From the NCBI RefSeq assembly GCF_000007005.1, contig NC_002754.1: a DNA stretch of 64,000 nucleotides. One strand, written 5' to 3'. A program made the position numbers and the translations under genes. Origin of the DNA: Saccharolobus solfataricus P2 (GTDB lineage: Archaea; Thermoproteota; Thermoprotei_A; Sulfolobales; Sulfolobaceae). Each line of letters begins with the position of its first letter. The first letter of the stretch is position 1. Positions 9,351 to 19,801 of this stretch are shown here, piece by piece. The notes below the pieces were generated by a model. It worked only from the letters and a program-made list of their open reading frames with translations, was not told the DNA's origin and made no database searches.

Positions 9351-9839
9351 ATGAAAACATCCATACTAGCCTTAACCCTAGTGGGAGCGTTCCTAGCGGG
9401 GTTAGCAACTGCCGGTGTAGCTGGTTACGGACCATTAGCGTACATATCATACCATATTATGGTAAGCCAACAAAAGGGCCAAGCACAAGTGATACCAGCA
9501 TATATTAATTTAGGTAATCTGACTGCTGGAGAAAAGGGTAATATAACTGCTACTGCAGCAATCAATATTTCGACTAATGGAACATATACCATAGACTTAC
9601 TGCATGCTGATAAACTTCAAAAGATCTTTAGCAATTTCACAGTAGAATTAAAGATAAACAATTATACCATAATACTTACGCTAGAAAATGATAGTGCACA
9701 TGTTAGTCTAGTAAACGGATCTTACAACGTTTCAATATTAATAATTTACCAGGTATCCCAACATCCTAGCGGAGATTTAAACGTCAACAATGAACCACTA
9801 CTGATTATACATCCACAAGGCGAAGATAATAACAGCTAA
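9351..9839 (+). CDS. Secreted hypothetical protein
   Basis: Hydrophobic N-terminus, several sequons, followed by a T-rich tract. Confidence 0.7.
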   Translation: MKTSILALTLVGAFLAGLATAGVAGYGPLAYISYHIMVSQQKGQAQVIPAYINLGNLTAGEKGNITATAAINISTNGTYTIDLLHADKLQKIFSNFTVELKINNYTIILTLENDSAHVSLVNGSYNVSILIIYQVSQHPSGDLNVNNEPLLIIHPQGEDNNS

Positions 9840-9847
9840 AAGGTAAT

Positions 9848-9905
9848 TATTTTTTGTTTTTAATCTTTAATTTGTTTTTATAATTATTTTTGTTTCCCTT
9901 TTCTT
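9848..9905 (+). terminator. Oligo-T-rich archaeal terminator region
   Basis: Dense T tracts directly after the 9839 stop. Confidence 0.45.
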
Positions 9906-10323
9906 TAAAGCTCTATCACATGTAGTCCAGTTCTCATATAGTTCCTTATCCTCTTTTCTTAGCAGTCATATTGACTTATGAATTATAATCAACGACGTTT
10001 TTGGGAGTAAAGGTTAAGTTTGCTCACATTTCTACTTTAAGAGAGAGTAAATTAAATTAACTTTCCTTTAAATTTTCTAATGCTTTGAGGTTCTATGCAA
10101 GAGCTGGTTTACAATGGTATATAGTTAAAAGAGAGGGCTGAAAATGAAACTTGGAGTGGAAAAATTGTTGCCAGCTTATTAAAAACCAAGTGGAGCATTA
10201 TCGTAGCTGAGAAAACATAGTCCAGTCCTTAATTCTAGCTTTAGTGCGACGTATTTTGTGAAAAAATCGCTTGATTTTTGCATGTTTCAAAACATTTTTA
10301 TTCATAAAATGAGAGTTTTCATT

Positions 10324-10584
10324 ATGGCTGTAGAGTTTAACGAAAAAGGTGTTACGATAAAAATACCTACATTATCTACTTCCATTTCGTTCTCTAAAGA
10401 TCAAATAGAAAAAGTTGAAGAAGTAGTTCCCCCAGATGAGATATGTAGATTCGCTAGAAATAGTGGAGTTATATTTGCTGGAAGCACGATAGATGGTAAG
10501 GTAATGTACTTTAATGTGAAGAAAGGAGAGAGATGCTTATTATTAGTTCTAAAGGATGGAAGGAAGGTCTATATTGGAACGTGA
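10324..10584 (+). CDS. Small hypothetical protein, possibly PH-like fold
   Basis: Probable ATG at 10324; ends LVLKDGRKVYIG, resembling bacterial PH-domain proteins. Confidence 0.55.
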   Translation: MAVEFNEKGVTIKIPTLSTSISFSKDQIEKVEEVVPPDEICRFARNSGVIFAGSTIDGKVMYFNVKKGERCLLLVLKDGRKVYIGT

Positions 10585-10590
10585 AAATAT

Positions 10591-11370
10591 CTAGCTAATT
10601 AATTTAACTTTCTCATTATTTATTTTTGTTAGAAGAATTTTAATTTCATTGAATCTAAGCGAATCTTTATGAACATTAACTCCCACTTCGTTAAACATTT
10701 TTATAATGTTATCATCTATTCCTACTAGCCCCCATCTTGGGATAATATACTCATAATCGTAATCTAAATTTGGTGTAATTACAGTTTTTTCTAGAATTTC
10801 CTTAGCCTTGTTCTTATTGTAAGAATATATGATATAAACCATGAAGGCGTCCAATTCTTTTCTACTATCTAATTTTTCGATTACTTTATTGTAGGCTTTT
10901 TCTGCTGACACTCTAAATAGGCTTCTTAAATTTTCATATATCTTTATGAAGTCCCATCCATATATATCTATGAGCTTCTTTACTGCTTCATCAGATATCG
11001 TATCATATATTTTTATGTTAAGTATAGAAATCTTATCAAAGGCATATTTTAAATAATTATAGTCTGCACTACCACTTTTACTATCTTTCAAATAGCAAGC
11101 TTCCAATAAATCTCCATAAAAACCACCCACTTTTACTATACTATCGATTAGACTATAAGTTACAATATCGGAGTATTTAGATAGTGGAATTATTTTATAA
11201 TAAAAATAGCGATCCGAATTTATCTTATTGGCTAAAAAATCCCCTATTTCCAGCTTCGAAAAATCTACCTTCGAACCTAATTCGTTAATTAGCGATATTT
11301 CTCCATTTACTGAAGTCAATGTATAGTCATCAAATTCCACCTTATACTTCCTTTTTCCCTTAATTGGCAT
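10591..11370 (-). CDS. Hypothetical protein
   Basis: 259 aa ORF with helical, protein-like composition. Confidence 0.65.
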   Translation of the reverse strand: MPIKGKRKYKVEFDDYTLTSVNGEISLINELGSKVDFSKLEIGDFLANKINSDRYFYYKIIPLSKYSDIVTYSLIDSIVKVGGFYGDLLEACYLKDSKSGSADYNYLKYAFDKISILNIKIYDTISDEAVKKLIDIYGWDFIKIYENLRSLFRVSAEKAYNKVIEKLDSRKELDAFMVYIIYSYNKNKAKEILEKTVITPNLDYDYEYIIPRWGLVGIDDNIIKMFNEVGVNVHKDSLRFNEIKILLTKINNEKVKLIS

Positions 11371-12179
11371 TACGTTAGAGTGTGATGATTCTCATATAAA
11401 AATTTTTGTGAATAATAAGTTTTCTCGTATTAATCTTATTATATAAATGATATTGCTACAGCACATTTTTTCTTTCCATGTCTTGTCTCAGTTTGGGCCA
11501 TATCCTTATTGCTTACGACTCTGCACTATCCGCTGATTAAATTATGGGTCCGATTATAACATAAGGGTAGATATGCTTTGTGGATCTCTTCAATTTTTAT
11601 CTGAGTTAACGTGGAGTTTATTTTTAAATCAAGGCTTGATTTCGGATTTAAGAAAAATTGATAAGCTTAACATCTTAGAAAATTGAAGTATTCAACAAAG
11701 CAGGATAGATAGAAATCTTTTAGAGTAAATAGCAAAACTTTTTCACCCTAAAATCCAATAATTTCCTTAGAAAACTTACGTACAATACCATTGAGTATGG
11801 ACAAGAGTTTTCATTTAAAATTTAGTTTAAACTCCTCTAATACCACTTCGTTAAATACTTCAATTATATAACAAAATTTCTGAAAGATAGTTTAAAAATA
11901 GCAACATCTTCTCTGTTAATGGTTAACTCGTATGCTGGATTGAAAATCATCTAATACTTTGTATGATTTATACTCTATTACTGAAATTGTTGTCCAAATT
12001 CATACTATTAGTCAAAATAAACTTCTATTCTTTCACCCTTTGTAACATGAAAAACTTCCTCGTGAGGAAGAAAATATTTTGTAATATATCTCTTCCAAAT
12101 TCTGAATTATTACACTTTCTAAGGAATAATATTCAAGCACTTAATCCAAGCTTATTGTAAAAATATAAAACCTACTTTT

Positions 12180-13595
12180 TTATGTCGAGAATTGTTCTTC
12201 TTGAACAATTACCTCTTCCTTGCTTATTTCCTCTAAACTTTTGCCCTTAGTTTCTTTAACAGCTATTATTGTCACAATTGCGCCTACTAGTGATAGCGCA
12301 GAAAGCATTAGTAAAATATTCTTTATTCCCATTGAGGCTAAAAGTGAAGGGAATAGGTAAGTAGTTATTGCTGCCCCTAATTTGCCTGAAGCCGCACTAA
12401 TTCCATGGCCAGTAGTTCTAGCCCTAGTTGGATAAGCTTCAGCTGGCAGTATAAAAGTCGTAGTATTAGGACCAAAGTCTATGAAGAAGAATGATAGTGC
12501 ATATATCAAGAATCCAATTCCAGCTGGAATTGTCAAACCAACTACTTTAGTTCCACTAACTATTAGGAACGAAGAAACAACTGCGTAAATTATAGTCATT
12601 AATATAAAACCTTGCAACTGTATGATTTTTCTCCCTAATTTGTCCATTAATGCTACTGCAGTAAAGTAACCGAAAAATCCTACCATATATGGTAAACCTT
12701 GTTCCAATATTAAATTTGCTATACTAGTAGGTTTTCCTAATATCAATTGAGTTATTGCACCAGAGTATATACCAGTTCCATAGAAAGCTATATCGAGAAT
12801 AAACCACGGAACCGCAGTTCCAATAAGTATTAACCAATACTTGGAGAGGAATTCTGACAATGATAATGGTTTCGAATAAGCTCTCTTTTCTTCAATTTTT
12901 GCACCCAGGAACTCAGCAGCTTTCTTAGCCTCTTGAACATTACCTTTCACCAACATTGAATATCTAGGAGTTTCTGGTGTTTTTCTTCTAAGGTAGATTA
13001 CAGTCGCAGCCGGTATTGCACCTATGGCTGCCATTACTCTCCAAGAAATATCTAAGGGAAACGCTAGAACAGAACCAATACCAACTGAAACTGCAGCTAA
13101 AGAACCTAATCCTTGATTTGCAAAAACTAAAGCTATCAGCTTACCCCTATCTTTAACATTAGCGTATTCACTCATTATGGTGGCAGAGATTGGATAATCC
13201 CCACCTATCCCTAAACCCATAATTGATCTGAAAATTATAAGCCAATATATATTAGGAGAGAGTGCGGAGAGTAAAGCACCTACTGTCATTAAAATTGCCT
13301 CAACCCCATATATTGCCTTCCTTCCTATTTTGTCACCTAGAAAACCAAATACTAATTGCCCGATTATTGCAGCCCATAATGCTGAAGACGCTAAAAGACC
13401 TTCTGTTACGCTATTAAGTGGGAAATTAGGGTCATGTAACTGTAATAAAACATCTAGAATCGCACTTATTATGAATAAATCATAGGCATCAGTAAAAAAT
13501 CCCATACCTGAAGTATACCAGACTTTTATATGATTGAAAGTTAACTTCAACGAATCTATAGATCCAAAGGGTGTTTTTGAAATTCCTTTATCCAT
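12180..13595 (-). CDS. MFS transporter, Pho84-like phosphate:H+ symporter
   Basis: GFFTDAYDLF, GDKIGRK, GIGGDYPISATIMSE, DFGPNTTTFI, RTTGHGISAASGKLGA. Confidence 0.88.
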   Translation of the reverse strand: MDKGISKTPFGSIDSLKLTFNHIKVWYTSGMGFFTDAYDLFIISAILDVLLQLHDPNFPLNSVTEGLLASSALWAAIIGQLVFGFLGDKIGRKAIYGVEAILMTVGALLSALSPNIYWLIIFRSIMGLGIGGDYPISATIMSEYANVKDRGKLIALVFANQGLGSLAAVSVGIGSVLAFPLDISWRVMAAIGAIPAATVIYLRRKTPETPRYSMLVKGNVQEAKKAAEFLGAKIEEKRAYSKPLSLSEFLSKYWLILIGTAVPWFILDIAFYGTGIYSGAITQLILGKPTSIANLILEQGLPYMVGFFGYFTAVALMDKLGRKIIQLQGFILMTIIYAVVSSFLIVSGTKVVGLTIPAGIGFLIYALSFFFIDFGPNTTTFILPAEAYPTRARTTGHGISAASGKLGAAITTYLFPSLLASMGIKNILLMLSALSLVGAIVTIIAVKETKGKSLEEISKEEVIVQEEQFST

Positions 13596-13726
13596 TCTCC
13601 TTCATGCTTCTATAGGCTTCTTCTATTATATACTTTACCTATAAAATAAATATAATCTATTGTCAACTATAGAATCTATATAGTACCCTTCTTTGCTTAA
13701 ATATTAGTAAGCAAAATTAAAAATCT

Positions 13727-14887
13727 CTAGCGGAATATCTTATTTATAAGCAAAATTAGAATAGTTAATAGAGAAGATATAATAGCTGCAAAAAGGAACG
13801 GTATGGGGTTTATACTTAGCGATAAGGATCGAGGCAAAGCAAAATAATATCCCTTGTCGAAAGTTATGAAGTATGTAGATCCCTTAGTAGTCACATATGG
13901 AGCATTAAACAGATTATAGTGCCCGCTGAAGCGATAAATTCCGGGATTGTTGACAAAAATTGAGTAGCCTAAGAAGAATTTGCCTTGCATAAAAATGAAA
14001 CTAGGTTCTTCTATTGTTACATCGTGAATTGGCATATAAGTTATACTTTTGTTAACTATTATTAACGCAGCGGTTGAGTTAACAATTACAAGCGATAAAT
14101 TGTCTTCGATTAACGAGGATAACGCTATAAATGGCGTTTCTACTCCTTTAGTAGTTATTACAAGATTTTTGACAATTTCAACAGCAGGATATACTCGTTG
14201 ATTCGAGATATTATAGACGTAAAATGTAAGATTGTTAAAATGTACTAATCCAACCTCTAAGACAGTTATACCATTAATGCCTCTAATTATGTCAATTTGA
14301 CCTTCCGAGGAGTTAAATACCGTGACCGGTGCGTAAGTGTAGTTGTAAGTGAGTATATAATATGAGGGATAAGAGAAAAAAGACGGTAGAGTGGTGTTTA
14401 GCTTTATTGTTTTTAAGATTTCAGTCTTAAAAATATATAAATTACTGATTTCTCCATTATGGAGAACAACTTCTTCTCCCATTGGTATTATTGTATTTAA
14501 AGGAATTGGATTAGGATAGTTCATTACCCATATTGTTAAATTCAGAGGATTCATATAAGGGATAAGAAATGACGCAGTAAGACCATTTGTTTCGAAACCA
14601 CTCCATATTAAATAATTGCCTACAAATATTGAGAATATATTAGGTAAGTTTGTCGAAATATCCAAAGTCCAATTTGGGAAATATGATATCTGGAGTATAT
14701 AATTAACTGAAGTTATATTTATTGGAGTTAGCTTCTCTTGTATAAGGTATGAGGAATTGGAATAAGAGTAAAGGATCTCTGAGCCGTGAATTTGATACGA
14801 AGAATAGTTAACTATAACAACATTACCATGTGACATTAAAGGCGTAAGGAAAAGAAGAGTTAACGTGAGTAGTGATAATCTTCTCAT
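13727..14887 (-). CDS. Secreted, membrane-anchored hypothetical glycoprotein
   Basis: Signal peptide, sequons, C-terminal TM; divergent from the kinase gene. Confidence 0.7.
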   Translation of the reverse strand: MRRLSLLTLTLLFLTPLMSHGNVVIVNYSSYQIHGSEILYSYSNSSYLIQEKLTPINITSVNYILQISYFPNWTLDISTNLPNIFSIFVGNYLIWSGFETNGLTASFLIPYMNPLNLTIWVMNYPNPIPLNTIIPMGEEVVLHNGEISNLYIFKTEILKTIKLNTTLPSFFSYPSYYILTYNYTYAPVTVFNSSEGQIDIIRGINGITVLEVGLVHFNNLTFYVYNISNQRVYPAVEIVKNLVITTKGVETPFIALSSLIEDNLSLVIVNSTAALIIVNKSITYMPIHDVTIEEPSFIFMQGKFFLGYSIFVNNPGIYRFSGHYNLFNAPYVTTKGSTYFITFDKGYYFALPRSLSLSINPIPFLFAAIISSLLTILILLINKIFR

Positions 14888-14940
14888 AATACCTATATTG
14901 GGCTAAATATTTTAAACGTTATGAGTAAAAGAGTAATACC

Positions 14941-16848
14941 ATGAAGATTAATCTGTTACAATACATTGCTGGATTTCTAGGATTTATAGCATTATTTTAC
15001 GGAATTTTCTCTTTAATTAGGGAATATCATTTTCTTGAAATCAAGTCCTTAGAAGTATTTGTATTAATCTTTTTTGGTTTTTTTGCCATCACATACGCGT
15101 TTACCGACAGAATTATGATAGAAAAACCATTTGCACTAACATTCGCCGTCATATTGTTCTACCTATCCCTTATTACTCCTTTACCTCTTACAAATAAAAT
15201 ACTATTAATTACTGGAGGGATCATTGAGACTCAATTGGCTTCAAGAAAAGGAGTAAAAGGAACTGTGTATATAATACTCGGCATTTTAACACTAATTTAC
15301 TTCGTATATGCGCATTTCATTAACTTATCATCTATTCTTTCCTTGATTGGAATTGGATTGTCCTCCCTTATCATAGTATTAGGTAACAGAGATAGAAAAG
15401 TGAAAGGTATCTCATATCTTACTTATCCAGTAGGTATTCCGTTAGTAGTTTACGGTATTAATGGATTCTTTCCTTTATCAATAAATCCCATATTCATTAT
15501 AGTAGGATTAGCCATAGTATTACTAAACTTACTTCCGAGCAAAGGAATACCTAGTAGTGATTATGACCTAAAACTTGACCAGAAATTATGTAATGATATT
15601 CAAAGAAGTGAGTGTAAGGATGTTATTCAAATTTACAAAAAATATATGGTTTACATTCCACAACATTGTTTAGACAAAGTGGTATTATGCACTATAAACC
15701 AGAATGATATGCAAAATTTTAATCTAGTTATAAATAATAGCCTAGCTCGAAGTGTTGCTGAAAGGTATGTAGATAAAATGTCACCAGAGATGTTATATTC
15801 GTTAGCGTTATTATCGAGCAGAAAGAAAGAGCTATTAGAATTAGCATGTAAAAAGGGGTATAAGAAAGCTTGTGAGCAGACTAAACCAATTTTAGATATG
15901 AAGAACTGGGATCCTAAAGTATGGGTAGGAAAGGAGATATATAATTATAATATTGTTGACATAATTGGAGTTGGTGGTACAAGCTATATACTAAAAGGTG
16001 AAAAGGATGGGAATTTTTATGCTCTCAAGATACCGTTAATAAATTACTTAAACAATGTAATGGATTTAGTCGGTGAATCGTCCAAATTAATTGAACTTTC
16101 TAACAAATCTCCCTACATAGTTAGATTATACGCAATATATGCTGATCAGCTTGATGTAAAAGAAATCTTAGGAGGAAATCCAGAAATTTACTATAATAAA
16201 CCACCAATGTTGGTTATTGAATTGATGAAAGGTGGATCTATAAACGATGTAATAAACGTTAAAGAGTTAGTAAAAAGTGAATATTGGAAGAAAATAGTGT
16301 TTATTACTACAGCTAGGATTGCTGAAGCACTAGAGACTATACATTCTGAGGGATATGTTCACTGTGATGTAAAACCTCAAAATGTATTATTTAACGAAAA
16401 ATTACCTCCAAATGCCAGGTTAGCCTATGATAACCTCAAGAATGGAAAGATAATAGTAAAGTTGGCGGATTTAGGTTCTGCAGTAAAGGCCGGGGAAAAG
16501 CCATTTAGCTATACCCCTGCGTATGTATCATTCGACCTTGTTAAGTCTACTGCATTTGGAGGGGTTTCTCCAATGGCCGATATATACGCATTAGGCGCTA
16601 CAGTGTACAAATTACTAACTGGCGTAACATTAAATACCAACGTTATGATTGAGGCTATGGATAAATTTGAAGCTAATAAGGATATTAGATACTTAGACAA
16701 TTCTTTATATAGTACGAGAAACTTGGATTTGTTAAGAAAATACGTGGATAAAAATACTTATCTCTTCATATCAAAAATGGTAGATCCGGATCCTAATAAA
16801 AGACCAACTAGTAAGGAAATAAAGGAGTTTTTCTACTTTAGAGTATAA
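14941..16848 (+). CDS. Membrane-bound eukaryote-like Ser/Thr protein kinase
   Basis: N-terminal multi-TM region; GVGGTS, ALK, HCDVKPQN, DLG, YTPAY, DIYALG, RP motifs. Confidence 0.92.
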   Translation: MKINLLQYIAGFLGFIALFYGIFSLIREYHFLEIKSLEVFVLIFFGFFAITYAFTDRIMIEKPFALTFAVILFYLSLITPLPLTNKILLITGGIIETQLASRKGVKGTVYIILGILTLIYFVYAHFINLSSILSLIGIGLSSLIIVLGNRDRKVKGISYLTYPVGIPLVVYGINGFFPLSINPIFIIVGLAIVLLNLLPSKGIPSSDYDLKLDQKLCNDIQRSECKDVIQIYKKYMVYIPQHCLDKVVLCTINQNDMQNFNLVINNSLARSVAERYVDKMSPEMLYSLALLSSRKKELLELACKKGYKKACEQTKPILDMKNWDPKVWVGKEIYNYNIVDIIGVGGTSYILKGEKDGNFYALKIPLINYLNNVMDLVGESSKLIELSNKSPYIVRLYAIYADQLDVKEILGGNPEIYYNKPPMLVIELMKGGSINDVINVKELVKSEYWKKIVFITTARIAEALETIHSEGYVHCDVKPQNVLFNEKLPPNARLAYDNLKNGKIIVKLADLGSAVKAGEKPFSYTPAYVSFDLVKSTAFGGVSPMADIYALGATVYKLLTGVTLNTNVMIEAMDKFEANKDIRYLDNSLYSTRNLDLLRKYVDKNTYLFISKMVDPDPNKRPTSKEIKEFFYFRV

Positions 16849-16866
16849 ATACTGTTATTGAGGAGC

Positions 16867-17259
16867 TCATTTAACGACTAAAACTGGAACATTGGACTTT
16901 GATACTAAAGCACTCGAAACGCTCCCTAATATCGCCTTCTTAATTCCAGTAAGTCCTCTACTACCAGTTACTATGAGACCACATCCTATATTATTACAAT
17001 ACTGTAATATCGAGTCGGCTACCTCATTACTCTCCAAAATTTTTTGCACTATTTTATAATCACCAAGTTCATTTACTACCTCATCTTGCATCTGCTTCGC
17101 TCTTTGCTCACTTTGTATTATAACTTGTTCTGGACTTCTGGGTGCTTCCTTTACTATTGTAACTAGGTGTATTTCGTCTTCCTTCTTAATTAGATTTAGT
17201 GTGAAAAATAAGGCCTTTTTAGCGTGATCTGAACCATCATAACCTATAACTACTTTCAT
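16867..17259 (-). CDS. Universal stress protein (UspA family)
   Basis: VIGYDGSDHAKKA and IVTGSRG...LGSVS...PVLVV. Confidence 0.93.
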   Translation of the reverse strand: MKVVIGYDGSDHAKKALFFTLNLIKKEDEIHLVTIVKEAPRSPEQVIIQSEQRAKQMQDEVVNELGDYKIVQKILESNEVADSILQYCNNIGCGLIVTGSRGLTGIKKAILGSVSSALVSKSNVPVLVVK

Positions 17260-17357
17260 ATAAATAATTCTCTATGTACAGTATTTTAAAATTTCTATCG
17301 TGGATATTAAAAAGTTTATAAAAATAAGACGGATAAACAAACCGTTAAGGAAATACA

Positions 17358-18759
17358 TTAATGAGCATTTACGGCTTTTATCTTTTTGAGGTATTCATCT
17401 ATAGTTACTACATTATTATTCTCATCAACCACTAGTGTTCCCGGGAACCCCTTTCTAGCTTTCAATACATACCATGAAACCACAATACTAGCAAATACAG
17501 TGATCATTAAAAGCTGAACAATATCCATTTGCAGTATAGATTGGGCATCCCCCCAAGAGTTTATTATAGTTGCTATAAGGGGTATCACTACATTACCTAT
17601 TCCCAAACTATTTATTCTCCAGTAGAAGATTGGGGCTCCAAAGCCATCTAATATTCTACCTAGGAGCCACAACACTCCCTCAACTGCAGCTACTTCAGTA
17701 AAAGCTCCGGTGATACCCAATACTGAAACAGATAATACTGTAATTATGGCTGTTGAAATACCGATTACTGCAGTTGCGACCAATGGTTCTCCACTTCTAT
17801 TAACTTTTGTAAAAATCTTAGGTGCTGCATTTTCCCTTGCTAGATTAAAAAGGATTCTAGCTGCACCTATCGTGGTCCCTATATTAGATGCTAACAAACT
17901 ATTAATTGATAGTGTTAATGATATATAAAGCGCAATTATTCCATATTGTATCATTTCTACGAATAATGGTTGATTCGAATTAGCCAAACCACTTATCGTG
18001 CCAGGCCACAATACTATCATAGCGTAAGTTCCTAAAAACATGGAGACACCGCCTATAATTAGGGCTAGCCACATCCCCTTAGATATATTCTCATGAGGCT
18101 TCTTCGTCTCTTCACCTAGGTAAGTCGCAGCTCCAGCCCCGGATATACTTACGGTAGTTAATACATATGCCGTAGCCAAATCTCCGAAATTCTTAAATTT
18201 TGGTACGAAATAATCGAAATGAATACCCTTACTTAACGATAAGAAGAATAACGAAATTAATAACGCTGCTTCAGCTGTAGCACTTATGGTTACAACGTAT
18301 CCAAGTAATTTTTTAACGTGTGTAAATGAAATTAATGTAGGATAAGCTATACTGAAGCCAATAACAAAATAAATTACATAATTTGGAATCACGACTCCTA
18401 AAATGTCAGATAATGCTGATAATATTGTATAAACCGCGATTACGTTAACAACGTTTAAAAGAGTATAGGCTACCAGTTCAGTAAGTGCTTCCAAAAATGC
18501 AAGTTTTTTACTTCTCCACGCTCCATAATTTAAGTTATAATATCCTCCAGCAGAAGCTAACTTTTTAGTATACATCGACAAGGTATAAATCCATAAGGCA
18601 CTTGTTATTAAGGATAAAAACGTGGTGAATATAACCTGAAGATCCAGCGTATAATATTGCAGCTGTAGTTGTAGAAACTACACTACCTAAGGGTGCCGTA
18701 ACTGCCATTGCTTGAGCGTAAGTCTCCTTGAACGATAGAACAGCTCTCTTGAGTTCCAT
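17358..18759 (-). pseudogene. APC-family amino acid permease with a single +1 frameshift near 18635
   Basis: N-terminal ORF (MELKRAVLSFKETYAQAMAVTAPLGS) joins the 407 aa ORF if one C at 18635/36 is removed, giving 466 aa. Has SAGGYY and YLGEETKKP motifs. Confidence 0.85.
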
Positions 18760-18954
18760 GATATCTCCCTTTAAGCTTTACTATCCTAAAAGTTTAAAAA
18801 GTTTCCCTAAATTAGGGCAGAGAGTTTCATGAAAGCTTAAAAGACTTTCCCTTAAACAATTTAAAAAGTGGCTTATAGGTTAACGAAAAAATATTCAAAT
18901 ATACCATCATCAATTCTATCAAATACGTTTTACAAAAGATTATAAAGGGAAAAA

Positions 18955-19272
18955 TTATTTATTTATTTTCACAACTAACTCTAGATTTTTCTTTAAATCT
19001 TCAAATCGTATTTTCATTTCAGGAGGCATCGGTTTCTTAGGAGAAATAGAATTTATAATCTCTAGAGATTTCCTAACTTTCTCTACAGCAACATTCTCAT
19101 TTTTGTAAGCATCATAATATGCCTCTCTGATTAGCCTAATGGCTTCCCTCCACTTCTTTAGGTCGTCCTCTGTCAATATCCCTTCCTTAATGTGATACAT
19201 CTTTATATCATCTTCAACTAATGGTGCTTCATTATTTAGAACCTTCCATAAAACATTCTTCACATCTTCCAT
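18955..19272 (-). CDS. Hypothetical helical protein
   Basis: 105 aa ATG-initiated ORF in a co-oriented run. Confidence 0.7.
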   Translation of the reverse strand: MEDVKNVLWKVLNNEAPLVEDDIKMYHIKEGILTEDDLKKWREAIRLIREAYYDAYKNENVAVEKVRKSLEIINSISPKKPMPPEMKIRFEDLKKNLELVVKINK

Positions 19273-19309
19273 ACGTTATAATCTAAAATAAAAAGAGGAT
19301 TAAAAAGTC

Positions 19310-19801
19310 TCATGTGTATTTTAATGAAGTTTGCTGTTGAGGTTCATAAGGACCAAATCTTTGGGTGAATTTCAACATTATGCTAACTCCAGCATTTCTC
19401 ACGTTTAATAGAGTATTGATAAATTCGTTTGCAGTTAAGCCGTCTATAAATATTGGTTTAGATACTTGAATAACATTAGGAATCTCTTGATTTGGAGGCA
19501 ATGCTACGAAATCCACTCCATAGCGTAAAGCTTCCAGTTGTAAATCTATTATAAATTTGATTCTTTCCTCTCTATTTAGAGCCATCAAAGCACTGACATG
19601 AGTTGGGTGTATTCCTATTCCCATCGCTATAATATAAAATTTTGAACTATCATTTACTCTCACTACACTAATAGTAGGCCCACCCTGCGGAGGAGTAGCA
19701 ACGACATGAAAGAATTCTTTAGCTTGGGGTGGCCTACTCGCAACTAGTCCTAATTCCCTTAACCAGTCCTCTATTTGTTTATCTACCGATTTATCAAACA
19801 T
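19310..19801 (-). CDS. Conserved archaeal hypothetical protein (DUF2299-like)
   Basis: Overlaps the stop of the upstream dehydrogenase; family assignment from recall. Confidence 0.65.
   Translation of the reverse strand: MFDKSVDKQIEDWLRELGLVASRPPQAKEFFHVVATPPQGGPTISVVRVNDSSKFYIIAMGIGIHPTHVSALMALNREERIKFIIDLQLEALRYGVDFVALPPNQEIPNVIQVSKPIFIDGLTANEFINTLLNVRNAGVSIMLKFTQRFGPYEPQQQTSLKYT

Noticed and set aside
12100-12180. Pho84-like transporter 3' UTR as an antisense target of the IS607-derived RNA (RNA-257-like mechanism)
   Set aside because: There is no IS-derived or complementary sequence visible downstream of the transporter stop.
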